64,000 nucleotides of DNA, taken from positions 11,874 to 75,873 of IMG/VR virus record IMGVR_UViG_2974664081_000001. One strand, 5' to 3'. The notes beneath the pieces are model-generated. The model worked only from the letters and a program-made list of their open reading frames with translations. It ran no database searches and was not told the DNA's origin. The stretch comes from a virus. Its lineage: Duplodnaviria > Caudoviricetes. Numbering within the stretch: position 1 is the stretch's first letter; each line of letters begins with the position of its first letter. This document shows positions 18,111 to 28,858 of this stretch, piece by piece. A program made the translations under genes and the position numbers.

Positions 18111-19418
18111 GTGGAATTAGCCAATAAACAGCTACCGCTGAACCAAGACCAAGAAGTTGCAGCTAAGGGCTTCTTCGAGTTTCTGTTCAGTGATGAAAAA
18201 GAAATGCGCATCAGTGGTCCCGGTGGGGTCGGTAAGACCTTCCTCATGGGCCACATGATCGACACCCTGATGCAACAGTACTTCGATTCTTGCCGTCTGG
18301 CCGGGATCGAACCGGAGTACTGGGACGTGTACATGACGGCTACCACCAACAAGGCGGCTGAAGTGCTGGGCCTGAATACCGGGCGCCCAGCCAGTACCGT
18401 TCACAGCTTCCTTGGCCTCAAGGTCAAGGACGATTACAGCACCGGCAAATCGACCATCGAGAAGACCGGTGCATGGCGTGTTCACGAAAAAATTATTCTC
18501 TTCGTGGACGAGGCTTCTATGGTAGACCGCACCTTGCTGGCTGCCATCCGAGAAGGCACCTGCAAGTCGAAGATCGTCTATGTCGGTGACCGGAGCCAAT
18601 TGGCTCCCGTGCATGAAACCGTGTCTCAGGTATACACGGACAAGATGCCTGCCTTCGAGCTGCTCAAGCCAATGCGCAATGCCGGGCAGCCTGCCCTACA
18701 AGCTATCTGTGCCCAGTTCCGCCAAACTGTGGACGATCACATCTTCCGCCCGATCCAGTTGGTTCCCGGTGTGATCGACCATCTGGACGATGCCCAGATG
18801 GAAGCCGAGATCACCCAGAACTTTGTGGACCCCAACTTCGACGGTCGGATTCTGACCTACACGAATAAGCGGGCCATCATGTACAACCAGTTCATCCGAG
18901 AGATCCGTGGGCTGCCAGAGCAGTTCCAAGAAGGTGAACGGCTGGTCAACAACACTGCCATTCGACTGGGCCGCACCCAACTTTCAGTGGAGGATGAGGT
19001 GCAGATTGTTGAACTGGCTGCCACTGTGGCCAAGCATGAGATCCAAGAGGATGTCTACTTGGAAGTCCGTTACGCCACCTTGGAAAACAAGTACGGCGAC
19101 CGGATGTACGGTGTGATGCTGCCGGTAGATCGGGACCATTATGATCGACTGGTGAAGTACTACCAGAAGACCAAAAACTGGAACCGCTACTACTACCTCA
19201 AGAACAACTTCCCCGACTTGCGTCAGCGGGATGCCTGCACCAGTTACAAAGCGCAGGGCAGCACCATGCACACGGCTTACATCGACCTGACCGATTTCAG
19301 CACCTGCAAGAACCCGGCTCAGGCTGCTCGACTGGCCTATGTCAACGTGTCCCGACCAACCACCCGCATCGTTTTCTATGGTGAGTTGGCTCCCCGCTTT
19401 GGAGAGCTAGTCAGATAG
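18111..19418 (+). CDS. SF1 (Dda/RecD-like) DNA helicase
   Basis: GPGGVGKT, DEASM, GDRSQL, KAQGST, YVNVSR. Confidence 0.93.
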   Translation: MELANKQLPLNQDQEVAAKGFFEFLFSDEKEMRISGPGGVGKTFLMGHMIDTLMQQYFDSCRLAGIEPEYWDVYMTATTNKAAEVLGLNTGRPASTVHSFLGLKVKDDYSTGKSTIEKTGAWRVHEKIILFVDEASMVDRTLLAAIREGTCKSKIVYVGDRSQLAPVHETVSQVYTDKMPAFELLKPMRNAGQPALQAICAQFRQTVDDHIFRPIQLVPGVIDHLDDAQMEAEITQNFVDPNFDGRILTYTNKRAIMYNQFIREIRGLPEQFQEGERLVNNTAIRLGRTQLSVEDEVQIVELAATVAKHEIQEDVYLEVRYATLENKYGDRMYGVMLPVDRDHYDRLVKYYQKTKNWNRYYYLKNNFPDLRQRDACTSYKAQGSTMHTAYIDLTDFSTCKNPAQAARLAYVNVSRPTTRIVFYGELAPRFGELVR

Positions 19419-19428
19419 GAGATGATTC

Positions 19429-19932
19429 ATGGCCGTTGCAAATCTTCACAAATTCCTGGATGCACTGGTCAACAAGCTATTCACCGCTGAAGAGCGTCGC
19501 CTCGACAAGATCGTGGAGACGCTCGACCGGCGTAATAGAGAGATCGGAGGCCATAAGCCACAGGGTTTCCTGCTGCAAGGCAAGCTGTATCAACCCAAGA
19601 GTGCCACTCTTATTGCCACAATTGGAGTCAAGCCACTGGCTTACGAGTTGACGGATGATGGCAACAAGTTCCTGAAAGATCGCAACCAGATTGATCAAGA
19701 TCGCCAAGCTATCAAACAGATTCTATATAAGTTGGTGGAACCGTGCCAGAATGCACAGGAGATTCGAGACACCCTTCCAGAGTGTCTAGTCTCTCTCGTA
19801 CCAGAACTGTCCAAGATGGAACGACGATTCGCTAAAGGATTCTTCGCTCCAAAGGACGACCGATTCGTTCGGCAGTACGAAGCCATCTTGCCCAAGATCG
19901 AGATGTACTCAGTTTCTTGCTTGCTGTACTAG
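19429..19932 (+). CDS. conserved N4-like protein between helicase and polymerase
   Basis: AGGAG RBS; synteny; IRDTLPE motif. Confidence 0.8.
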   Translation: MAVANLHKFLDALVNKLFTAEERRLDKIVETLDRRNREIGGHKPQGFLLQGKLYQPKSATLIATIGVKPLAYELTDDGNKFLKDRNQIDQDRQAIKQILYKLVEPCQNAQEIRDTLPECLVSLVPELSKMERRFAKGFFAPKDDRFVRQYEAILPKIEMYSVSCLLY

Positions 19933-19942
19933 GGGAGTCCAC

Positions 19943-22624
19943 ATGTACCATTTGTTCTACTCCGATGAGGAGCGGGATAGCTATCCCGTTGTCTTCCTTG
20001 TCAAACAGATCCGCAAGGATGAGATCCGCAAAGCCTACATCGACCCACACGGCATTGATCCCAATGAAGTGCTGGTCATGACCCTTCACTACTCCCGAGA
20101 CAAGAAGAAGACCCCCGTCAATGAAATGCGGGCCTATATGGATGAGGTCATCTACCCGGTATTGGCCCAAGCCAAGACCGAGTTTCTGCTGGTCTCGGAT
20201 GTGGACTACTTCAAGGCCATTACCAAGCTGCCCAAGGCTGAACCTTATCTGGGCTATGCCATTGATTCCGAGCATGGCAGCTTCAAGGTGATGTATGTGC
20301 CCAATTACCAGCAGGTTTTCTTCAATCCTATGAAGGTAACAGCGGGCATCAAGCAAGCCATGGACGCCTTGAAGAACACTCGCAAGGGTACTTACGAGGA
20401 TCCGGGCGCCAGCATCATCCACTTTGCTGAGTATCCTCGAACCACAGAGGATATCCGTGCATGGTTGGTCAAGTTGCTGGAGATGGACTGCCCATTGACG
20501 GTGGACATTGAAGGTTTTGACCTGAAGCACAACAAGGCAGGCATAGGTTCCATCTGTTTCTCATGGAACAAGCATGAAGGCATTGCCTTCCCAGTGGACT
20601 GTCAGGAGATCCAAGGGGCTACACAAGCTCCGTTCCTGCGTAACGTACCCAACCTTGAGGTTCGGGCCTTGCTCAAGGAGTTCTTCATTGAACTGAGCAA
20701 GAAGGCGATCTATCACAACATCGCCTTTGACGTGTATGTGCTGATCTACCAGCTGTTCATGAAGGACATTCTGGACACTGAAGGCCTGCTTGAAGGGCTT
20801 GAAGTGATGCTCAAGAACTGGGACTGCACCAAGCTGATCACCTATCTGGCGACCAACAGCTGTGCAGGCAACAAGCTGGGCCTGAAAGACCAAGCTCAAG
20901 AATTCTCCGGCAACTATGCCGTGGAAGAGATCAAGGACATCACCCGAATCCCGATGGATAAGCTGCTCCAGTACAACCTTGTAGACGGTCTGTCCACTTG
21001 GTTCGTGCATGAGAAGCACTATGGCACCATGGTGCGCGACCAGCAGCTGGACTTCTACAACAACATCTTCCAGCCAGCCACCATGGATGTGATCCAGATG
21101 CAGTTGACCGGGATGCCGGTTTACATGCCTCGGGTGTTGGAGGTTGAGCAAATTCTGCTCAAGGACAAAGCTTCGGCTGTGTCCCGGCTGGACATGAACC
21201 CCTTGGTTCAGAAGTACCAGTACGAGCGGATCGAGTGGTGGATCACCACAAAGAACGCCAAGCTCAAGAAAAAGCAAGTCACCATCTCCGATGCCCATGA
21301 GGAGATGAAAAAGAAAAAGTCGATTGTTCGGTTCAACCCGAATTCGTCTCCACAGGTCCAAGAACTGCTGTATGAGAAGCTTGGCCTGCCGGTAATCAGC
21401 CTGACGGATTCCAAGCAGCCTTCCGTGGATGCGGATACCCTCAAGGCACTGAAAAACCACACCGCTGACCCAGTGGTAAAAGACCTGCTCGAAGCCCTGC
21501 TGGACTTCGCCAGTGTCGTGACCATCCTCCAGACCTTCATGCCTGCCCTCAAGGCGGCCAGTCAGGGACCGGATGGCTGGTGGTATCTGTTCGGCAACTT
21601 CAACCTTGGGGGTACGGTTTCTGGGCGTTTGTCCAGTTCCAAACCGAACCTTCAGAACCTCCCAGCCAACTCCAAGTACGCCAAGCTGATCAAGTCGTGC
21701 TTCATTGGACCGCCTGGCTGGCTGTTCATGGGGCTGGACTTTGCGTCTCTGGAGGACCGGATTTCGGCTCTGACCACCAAGGATCCAAACAAGCTCAAGG
21801 TGTACACCGACGGCTACGACGGTCACAGCCTGCGGACTTTCGCGTACTTCCCGGACCGTTGCATCGGCATCATCGACACGGTGGAGTCGATCAACACCAT
21901 TCAGGATCTCTACCCGGATATTCGCTACGAGTCCAAAGCGCCGACTTTTGCCCTGACCTACCAAGGCACCTACAAGACCCTGATGACCAACTGCGGTTTC
22001 TCTGAGACCAAAGCCAAGGGCGTTGAGGCCGCTTACCACGAGCTTTACCACGTCTCCGACGAGTGGGTTCAAGGTAAGTTGGACGAAGCCAGCAAGGTTG
22101 GGTACATTACTGCCGCCTTCGGGCTGCGGGTTCGTACCCCGCTTCTTCATCAGGTTATTCGTGGGGTCAGCAAGACGCCATTCCAAGCAGAAGCTGAGGG
22201 GCGCACTGCTGGTAACGCCTTGGGTCAAAGCTGGTGCCTGCTCAATTCCCGAGCCGGTTCCGAGTTCATGGCCAAGGTCAGAAAAAGTGAACACCGTCTG
22301 GATATCCGGCCTTGTGCCCAGATCCACGACGCTCAATATTTCCTTGTCAGAGACGACATCAAGACCGTGATGTACTGCAATGAGCATCTGGTCAAAGCCG
22401 TCTATTGGCAGGATCACCCAGACATCTGGCATGACGAGGTAAAACTCGGCGGCGAGCTGTCACTGTTCTACCCCGACTGGAGCAAGGAGGCTGTCATTCC
22501 CAACCATGCCACCGAAGAGCAGATAGGCGATGTCATCGCTGATCACGTTGCTCGGCTGGAGGCTGGCTGGCCAAAAGTATGGCCCCCCAAACCAGATCCA
22601 ATACCATCAGGAGAGAACCAATGA
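19943..22624 (+). CDS. DNA polymerase, family A
   Basis: Exo DIE, HNIAFD, YNLVD; TVSGRLSS, DFASLE, KAPTFALTY, QIHDA. Confidence 0.96.
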   Translation: MYHLFYSDEERDSYPVVFLVKQIRKDEIRKAYIDPHGIDPNEVLVMTLHYSRDKKKTPVNEMRAYMDEVIYPVLAQAKTEFLLVSDVDYFKAITKLPKAEPYLGYAIDSEHGSFKVMYVPNYQQVFFNPMKVTAGIKQAMDALKNTRKGTYEDPGASIIHFAEYPRTTEDIRAWLVKLLEMDCPLTVDIEGFDLKHNKAGIGSICFSWNKHEGIAFPVDCQEIQGATQAPFLRNVPNLEVRALLKEFFIELSKKAIYHNIAFDVYVLIYQLFMKDILDTEGLLEGLEVMLKNWDCTKLITYLATNSCAGNKLGLKDQAQEFSGNYAVEEIKDITRIPMDKLLQYNLVDGLSTWFVHEKHYGTMVRDQQLDFYNNIFQPATMDVIQMQLTGMPVYMPRVLEVEQILLKDKASAVSRLDMNPLVQKYQYERIEWWITTKNAKLKKKQVTISDAHEEMKKKKSIVRFNPNSSPQVQELLYEKLGLPVISLTDSKQPSVDADTLKALKNHTADPVVKDLLEALLDFASVVTILQTFMPALKAASQGPDGWWYLFGNFNLGGTVSGRLSSSKPNLQNLPANSKYAKLIKSCFIGPPGWLFMGLDFASLEDRISALTTKDPNKLKVYTDGYDGHSLRTFAYFPDRCIGIIDTVESINTIQDLYPDIRYESKAPTFALTYQGTYKTLMTNCGFSETKAKGVEAAYHELYHVSDEWVQGKLDEASKVGYITAAFGLRVRTPLLHQVIRGVSKTPFQAEAEGRTAGNALGQSWCLLNSRAGSEFMAKVRKSEHRLDIRPCAQIHDAQYFLVRDDIKTVMYCNEHLVKAVYWQDHPDIWHDEVKLGGELSLFYPDWSKEAVIPNHATEEQIGDVIADHVARLEAGWPKVWPPKPDPIPSGENQ

Positions 22625-22959
22625 AATCCCCAATAGCCCCACCACCAACCCCAGAGTACGCCACCTTCTGGTCGGCCTCGGTCAGTCTGGTATTCGTGCG
22701 AGCCGATACCCCGGAGCAACCTATCCCAGACAGCATCAACGCCCTGCACATCACCCGTGAGCCGTTCCTGACCAAGGCCGATCTGGAAGCCATTCAGGTG
22801 CATTGCCAGAAGCAGCTGCATGCCAAGGCCCAGGATGTGGAGATCCATGTGCTGGAACTGCACATCAACGCCATCAGCAACCTCGGTCGTATGACCAAGG
22901 AGCAGTTCTTCGGCCCGGCTGTGAAAGCCGACGTGCCAGCTCCGAGCACCAAGCAATGA
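22621..22959 (+). CDS. hypothetical phage protein
   Basis: ATGA overlap with polymerase stop; AGGAG RBS. Confidence 0.7.
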   Translation: MKSPIAPPPTPEYATFWSASVSLVFVRADTPEQPIPDSINALHITREPFLTKADLEAIQVHCQKQLHAKAQDVEIHVLELHINAISNLGRMTKEQFFGPAVKADVPAPSTKQ

Positions 22960-23444
22960 GTGAAGGTAAGGCCCTGACTGGGGGCTTCACCAATTACTAC
23001 TTGGTCAAGGTCGAGCATCCCCAACGGGAGGAGCAACTGCCTTATCAGGCCGAGTGTGAAGACATCATCCGTGCCCTCAAAATGTCCTTCGACGAAGCCT
23101 GCGAGTTCAAGGCCATCTGGCGTACTGCTGCTGCCCGGTTAGGTAATGGCAAACCGGGGCAGAAAGCCCTGTACGACTGCGAGAAGCGAGTGCATTACGC
23201 TCAAGCTTCCCTCCGTCAGGAGCAGATCGCTCAGGGCTTGCAACCAAAACCTACCCCCAAACGTATGGTTTGGTATGCCCATATTGGGCAGCAAATGCCT
23301 GCCGGTCTCGACCCCAGTGACATGGTATCTGTCGAACTGCGTTCCGGTGATGTGCTGGAAGCCAAACAAGCACGCGGTTGGGAATGGAAGGATGACGGCA
23401 CGGCTGCTGCCATCGTCAAGTTCTGCTTGGTCCGAAAAGCCTGA
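22956..23444 (+). CDS. DUF3310-like protein with extra C-terminal domain
   Basis: GG..NYY, ECEDII, FKAIWR, YDCEK..HYA. Confidence 0.65.
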   Translation: MSEGKALTGGFTNYYLVKVEHPQREEQLPYQAECEDIIRALKMSFDEACEFKAIWRTAAARLGNGKPGQKALYDCEKRVHYAQASLRQEQIAQGLQPKPTPKRMVWYAHIGQQMPAGLDPSDMVSVELRSGDVLEAKQARGWEWKDDGTAAAIVKFCLVRKA

Positions 23445-23482
23445 ACCAAGGGGGCTACGGCCTCCTTATCACGGAGCACCTG

Positions 23483-24469
23483 ATGAAGATCACCAACAAC
23501 AGTGGCATCTCGTTGGCCATGGCCGTCTGGCTCATGCACGACGAGTACGACTATGTGAACGAGCCGGATTACATCTCGGTCACTACCCTGATGAAACCGT
23601 TGCGACAGATTATCCTGCCTCGACGGATCCCGACCGAGAATCGGGAAATGGACCTGTCCGACCTGATCCAGCGTGCCTTGGGGCATTCCCTACACGACTC
23701 GATTGAGAAGGCATGGACCAACGATGCAGCTCGGACCCGTTCGCTACTGCGACTGGGTTATCCACAAAAGGTTGTGGAAAAGGTGTTGATCAACCCAACA
23801 CCTGAACAGCTGAAAGCCAACCCGGATTGCATTCCAGTTTATCTGGAGCAACGGGGCACCATCCAGCTCAAGGTCGGCAACAAGGTCTGGACCTTGGGTG
23901 GCAAGTTCGACATGGTGGCCGAAGGCATCGTTCACGACAACAAGTCCACTTCCGCCTGGGTCGGCATGTTCGGTGGCCGAGACGACGAACACAGGCTGCA
24001 AGGTTCGTTGTACCGTCTGATCCATCCCGACAAGATCACGGAAGATTTCATCCGAATCGAGTACATCTTTACTGATTGGCAGAAATTCATGGCCAAGCAG
24101 AATCCCAACTATCCGCAGAATCGGCTGGCCAACAAGGACATTCCTTTGCTGGACATCACCGAAACGGAAGGCTGGGCGAAAAACAAGCTTGCCTTGGTTG
24201 ATAAGTTCATGGATGCACCCGAAAAGGACATCCCTGAATGTACGCCTGAAGAACTTTGGATGAGTGATCCAAAGTACAAGTACTATGCCGACCCGGCGAA
24301 GACGAGTGGGCGTTCAACCAAGAACTTCGACTCAATGGCCGAAGCCAAGAAATTCATGGCAGAGAAGGGCGGCAAAGGCATCATCATCACCGATCCGGGG
24401 CAACCCAAACGGTGTGAGTACTGCGACGCCTTTGAGATCTGCACTCAAAAGGACCGTTATTTCTCATGA
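23483..24469 (+). CDS. PD-(D/E)XK family exonuclease (N4 gp42-like)
   Basis: GHSLH, LEQR, GKFD, HDNKST; C-terminal CEYC..C. Confidence 0.8.
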   Translation: MKITNNSGISLAMAVWLMHDEYDYVNEPDYISVTTLMKPLRQIILPRRIPTENREMDLSDLIQRALGHSLHDSIEKAWTNDAARTRSLLRLGYPQKVVEKVLINPTPEQLKANPDCIPVYLEQRGTIQLKVGNKVWTLGGKFDMVAEGIVHDNKSTSAWVGMFGGRDDEHRLQGSLYRLIHPDKITEDFIRIEYIFTDWQKFMAKQNPNYPQNRLANKDIPLLDITETEGWAKNKLALVDKFMDAPEKDIPECTPEELWMSDPKYKYYADPAKTSGRSTKNFDSMAEAKKFMAEKGGKGIIITDPGQPKRCEYCDAFEICTQKDRYFS

Positions 24470-26637
24470 TCGACTTGACTGGAGTCACCCATCATCCAGT
24501 GATTGATGAAATCACTGAGGTGCTGTGTGCAAAGACACAGAACACCAATCGAAATTTCTTCCGGGCTGAGCTGGCTTTCTTCATCTCGAAGATGGCCAGT
24601 TCGATGCGAGCCACCATTATCACCAAGGATCGTGGAGAGATTCCAGTCAACATGTATGTGTTGGCTCTCGCCACCTCCGGCTTTGGTAAAGGTCACTCCG
24701 TCGCTATCGTGGAGGGGGAATTCCTTGCGGGGTTCAAGAAGCGTTTCATGGAAGACACCTTCCCGGTTATCGCTGAGCAGAACCTGTGGGATATCGCCAA
24801 TGACAGGGCGATTCGCAACAACACCGATCCTCAAGTGGAATACGACGCTGCCCTAAGCGAATTCAAGCGTGCCGGTGCAGTACCGTTTACCTTCGACTCA
24901 GGCACTGCACCAGCGGTCAAACAGCTTCGTCACAAGCTGCTGATGGGCCGTTGTGGTTCGATCAACCTGCAAGTGGATGAGATTGGCTCCAACCTTGAAG
25001 GTTCCACGGAGCTGCTCAACCTGTTCTTGGAGATGTATGACCAAGGGCTGGTAAAGCAGAAGATCACCAAAAACACCGCCGAGAACCAACGGGGCGAAGA
25101 ACTGGATGGCAAAACACCGGCCAACCTGTTGCTCTTTGGTACGCCATCCAAGTTGCTGGATGGGGGCAAGACCGAGGACCTGTTCTACCAGTTTCTCGAT
25201 ACCGGCTATGCCCGTCGTTGCCTGTTTGGTTTCGGCCAGCAAGAGCAGAAAGCCCACAACAGTCAGACGGCCAAGGAGATCTATGATCGCCTGATTCAGC
25301 CGTCCAACTCGGCCATGGTCAGCAAATGGGCCAATCACTTCCACCGTCTGGCCGACCCGGCCATGTACGGCTGGCAGATGCAGGTCGATGACCATGTGGG
25401 GGTGATGCTCTGGGAGTACAAGATCCACTGCGAAAAACTCGCTGATGCCATGAAGGATCACGAGGACATTCGCAAGGCCGAAATGAGCCACCGTTACTTC
25501 AAGGCGCTCAAGCTGGCCGGTGCCTTGGCCTTCGTCGATCAATCGATGGAGATCGAGGAGGTTCACCTGAAACAGGCCATCCTGCTGGTCGAGGAGTCGG
25601 GAGAAGCTTTCCAGACCATCCTGACCCGCGAGAAATCGTATGTGAAGCTGGCCAAGTTCATTGCCGACATGGGCAGTGAGCTGACCCATGCTGACCTGCA
25701 CGAGGCCCTGCCGTTCTACAAGATGAGCCAAGGTGCCCGTAACGAGATGATGACCATGGCCGTAGGCTGGGGTTACAAGAAGCACATCATCATCAAGAAG
25801 CGGTTTGTCGATGGCATCGAGTTCTTCAGTGGCGAGAAGTTGGCAGAGACCAATCTGGACGAGATCATCATTTCGTACAGCGACCACTGGGCCTACAACT
25901 ACCAAGGCACCCCGAACAATCCGAACGAGGTTGTACCCTTCGATCAGCTGCACATGCTGACCCAGGCACCGGGAATGCACTGGGCCAACCACCACTTCAA
26001 GGGCGGTCATCGGAGCCGGGAGAACGTTGTGCCGGGCTTCAACATGATCGTCATCGATGTGGATGGGGGCTGTTCTTTGGCCACGGCTCATGAGCTGCTG
26101 GCCGAGTACAAGTTCATGACCTACACCACCAAACGGCATCAGACCGAAGGTGAAGACCGCTTCCGCATCATGATTCCCATGAACTATGTGCTGCACCTCG
26201 ACCACGAGGATTACAAGCAGTTCATGGACAACGTTATGGCTTGGCTCCCATTCCAGACGGATGAAGGAGCGAACCAAGCGGAACGGAAGTGGGAGACCTT
26301 CGACGGTGGTTCCTACCATCTCAACATGGAAGGTGGCCTGCTGGACGTACTGCCGTTCATCCCACGCACCAGCCGCAACACCGAGTACATGGACGAGTTC
26401 AAGAAGGTCGAGTCCCTCGACAACCTTGAGCGTTGGTTCGCCCAACGGATTGCCAGCGGCAACCGTAACAACCAGATGATCAAGTACGCCTTGGCTCTGG
26501 TGGACAACGGCATGAGCCTGCTGGAAATCACGGCTCAGGTCCATGCCTTCAACAAGAAGCTCAACAACCCACTGGACACGGATGAGATCGAATCCACGAT
26601 TCTCACCACCGTGGCCAAACGCTTTACCCGTAGCTAA
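24466..26637 (+). CDS. DNA primase (N4 gp43-like)
   Basis: N-terminal SGFGKG P-loop; VIDVD, TTKRH prim-pol motifs; GNRNN PriCT-like end. Confidence 0.88.
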   Translation: MIDLTGVTHHPVIDEITEVLCAKTQNTNRNFFRAELAFFISKMASSMRATIITKDRGEIPVNMYVLALATSGFGKGHSVAIVEGEFLAGFKKRFMEDTFPVIAEQNLWDIANDRAIRNNTDPQVEYDAALSEFKRAGAVPFTFDSGTAPAVKQLRHKLLMGRCGSINLQVDEIGSNLEGSTELLNLFLEMYDQGLVKQKITKNTAENQRGEELDGKTPANLLLFGTPSKLLDGGKTEDLFYQFLDTGYARRCLFGFGQQEQKAHNSQTAKEIYDRLIQPSNSAMVSKWANHFHRLADPAMYGWQMQVDDHVGVMLWEYKIHCEKLADAMKDHEDIRKAEMSHRYFKALKLAGALAFVDQSMEIEEVHLKQAILLVEESGEAFQTILTREKSYVKLAKFIADMGSELTHADLHEALPFYKMSQGARNEMMTMAVGWGYKKHIIIKKRFVDGIEFFSGEKLAETNLDEIIISYSDHWAYNYQGTPNNPNEVVPFDQLHMLTQAPGMHWANHHFKGGHRSRENVVPGFNMIVIDVDGGCSLATAHELLAEYKFMTYTTKRHQTEGEDRFRIMIPMNYVLHLDHEDYKQFMDNVMAWLPFQTDEGANQAERKWETFDGGSYHLNMEGGLLDVLPFIPRTSRNTEYMDEFKKVESLDNLERWFAQRIASGNRNNQMIKYALALVDNGMSLLEITAQVHAFNKKLNNPLDTDEIESTILTTVAKRFTRS

Positions 26638-26700
26638 CCCCTGACAGGCTGCCAGTCCTTTGCTTGGGTTGGGACTGGCAAGCCTATGGAGACCCCTCTT

Positions 26701-27462
26701 ATGAGTGAAGATGCAGCACTGCCCGACGATCTGGAAGGCAGCTTGGACCAATTGGTTCTGATCGTTGGCTATTCGACCCAAGGCAAATCGGCCAGCCTGC
26801 GAAACATCAGGAACCAAGAACGCTGGGTCTATCTGGGCACTGAGTCTGGTAAGCGCCTACCGTTCAAGAACAAGTTCAACCGGATCAACATCACCGATCC
26901 GTATGACGTGATTGCCTACTTCGACGAATGCATCGCCAACAAGGACGATGTGGACGGGATCATCATCGATTCCATCACCTTCCTGATGGACATGTTCGAA
27001 ACGCAGTACGTCATCGGCGCTGCCAACACCATGCAAGGCTGGTCGAACTACCAGCAATTCTTCAAGCAGGTGATGCAGCAGAAGGTGGCCGAGTTCGGAA
27101 AACCGGTTATCATCATTGCTCACGTTCGAGATGAGTTGGACGAGAAGAACCAAGAGATGAAGACCGCCGTCCCTATCAAGGGGGCGTTGAAGAACAACGG
27201 TGTGGAAGCCTACTTCACCACCGTGGTCGCTGCCAAAAAGGTTCCCATTAAGGAGCTGGAGAAATACGGCAGCAAGATGCTGGTGATTACCGATGAGGAA
27301 CGCGAGCTTGGCTACAAGCATGTGTTCCAGACGCGTATCACCAAGGGTACGACTGGTGAGCGTATCCGATCCCCCATGGGGATGTTCGACCGTGCTGAGA
27401 CCTACATCGATAACGATGCTCAGGTCCTGCTGGATCACCTGCACGAGTTCTATGAAGGCTGA
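26701..27462 (+). CDS. Sak4-like AAA ATPase/recombinase (N4 gp44-like)
   Basis: GYSTQGKS, IIIDSIT, IIAH. Confidence 0.8.
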   Translation: MSEDAALPDDLEGSLDQLVLIVGYSTQGKSASLRNIRNQERWVYLGTESGKRLPFKNKFNRINITDPYDVIAYFDECIANKDDVDGIIIDSITFLMDMFETQYVIGAANTMQGWSNYQQFFKQVMQQKVAEFGKPVIIIAHVRDELDEKNQEMKTAVPIKGALKNNGVEAYFTTVVAAKKVPIKELEKYGSKMLVITDEERELGYKHVFQTRITKGTTGERIRSPMGMFDRAETYIDNDAQVLLDHLHEFYEG

Positions 27463-27512
27463 TCCCTTCTAGGTCCAAAAAATCGCAAAGCATTGAAGAA
27501 GAGAGAAAAAAC

Positions 27513-28274
27513 ATGAGCTTGTTCGGCAACCTGAAATCTGATGGCCTCGAAGAATCCCAAGATCGTCTGGGCGGAGGCTTTCAGCCTCTGGACACCGACA
27601 TCTACGATGTGACCATCAAGGCGTTTTACGCCGGTAAATCGGCAGGTGGTGCTCATAACGTCTCGATCATCGGCACCCTGCCTGATGGCAAGGAATACCG
27701 TGAGACCGTGTACATCACCAACAAGAACGGTGAAAACTTCTTCCTGAACAAACAGGACAAGTCCAAGAAGGTGCCTCTCCCAGGCTTCACCATCATCGAC
27801 GACATCTGCCTGATCGTCACCGGCAAGCCACTGGCCGAGGTGGACTTCGAAGAGAAGACCCTGAACCTGTGGGACTTCGAAGCGAAGAAAGAGCTGCCAA
27901 AGGCAGTGATGTGCGCTACCGAGATCCACGGCCAAGTGGTCAAGCTGGGCATCTGGAAAAAGCTGGAGGACGTGAACAAGAAAAACGACCAGACCGGCGA
28001 ATACGAGCCAACTGGTGAGTCGAAGGAAACCAACTCCATCGACAAGGTGTATCACCCTGAGCAGCTGCTGACCGTAGCCGAGGCCCGTGCCGGTAAGGAT
28101 GTAGCCGAGTTCCACGACAAGTGGCTGGAAAAGAACAAGGGCCAAGTCCGTGACGAACGCGAGAACAAGGGCGCTGCCCAGTCTGGCGTGAAGTCCGGCC
28201 CGCCGAAAGCTGATCAGCCAGCAGCCGGTGGCACTGACTCGCCTCGCAAGTCCCTGTTCGCCAACAAGAAGTAA
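27513..28274 (+). CDS. ssb: single-stranded DNA-binding protein (N4SSB/gp45-like)
   Basis: Synteny; LPGF motif; C-terminal RKSLF like the N4SSB activation tail. Confidence 0.82.
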   Translation: MSLFGNLKSDGLEESQDRLGGGFQPLDTDIYDVTIKAFYAGKSAGGAHNVSIIGTLPDGKEYRETVYITNKNGENFFLNKQDKSKKVPLPGFTIIDDICLIVTGKPLAEVDFEEKTLNLWDFEAKKELPKAVMCATEIHGQVVKLGIWKKLEDVNKKNDQTGEYEPTGESKETNSIDKVYHPEQLLTVAEARAGKDVAEFHDKWLEKNKGQVRDERENKGAAQSGVKSGPPKADQPAAGGTDSPRKSLFANKK

Positions 28275-28277
28275 GCC

Positions 28278-28850
28278 ATGAAGATCCCCGTAGCAGGGTT
28301 CGACCCCAGTCTTACCAACTGGGGAATTGCTGAAGGTCAGCTCGACCTTGAGACGGGGCATCTGACTGACGTGCAGCTGGAGGTCGTCAGCACGGAGAAG
28401 AGCAAGGAGAAACAACTCCGAACCAACTCCAGTGACCTCCAACGTTGTGAGGTATTGGCTGTCAAGGCCCTCGAAGTCGGTCGTCGTTGTAAGGCGATCT
28501 TCGTCGAGGTGCCTGTTGGCTCCCAAAGTGCCAGTGGCATGAAAGCCTATGGGGTGGTCTGTGGGATCCTTGGTTCGCTTCGAGCCGAGGGTATCCAGAT
28601 CATTGAGGTGACCGCATTCGAGGTGAAGAAAGCTTTCACCGGAACCAAGAATGCCACCAAGCAGGAGATGATCAACGTTGGTGTTGATCTCTACCCGGAA
28701 GCCAATTGGCCACGCCAGAAGACGAACGGCAAGAATTTCCAGAAGGGTGACCTAAAGAATGAAGCCGAGCACGTTGCTGATGCCCTTGCAGCCATTCATG
28801 CGGGGGTCAACACCCCGCTCTTTCAGAACTTGATGCGCCTACTGCGCTAG
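28278..28850 (+). CDS. RuvC-like Holliday junction resolvase
   Basis: GFDPS, FVEVP, EVKK, ATKQEM, EHVADA. Confidence 0.85.
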   Translation: MKIPVAGFDPSLTNWGIAEGQLDLETGHLTDVQLEVVSTEKSKEKQLRTNSSDLQRCEVLAVKALEVGRRCKAIFVEVPVGSQSASGMKAYGVVCGILGSLRAEGIQIIEVTAFEVKKAFTGTKNATKQEMINVGVDLYPEANWPRQKTNGKNFQKGDLKNEAEHVADALAAIHAGVNTPLFQNLMRLLR

Positions 28851-28858
28851 GAACCGTT

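Noticed and set aside
19943-26637. Introns, inteins or homing endonucleases in polymerase or primase
   Set aside because: ORFs are continuous and of normal N4-like length; no HNH, LAGLIDADG or intein motifs seen
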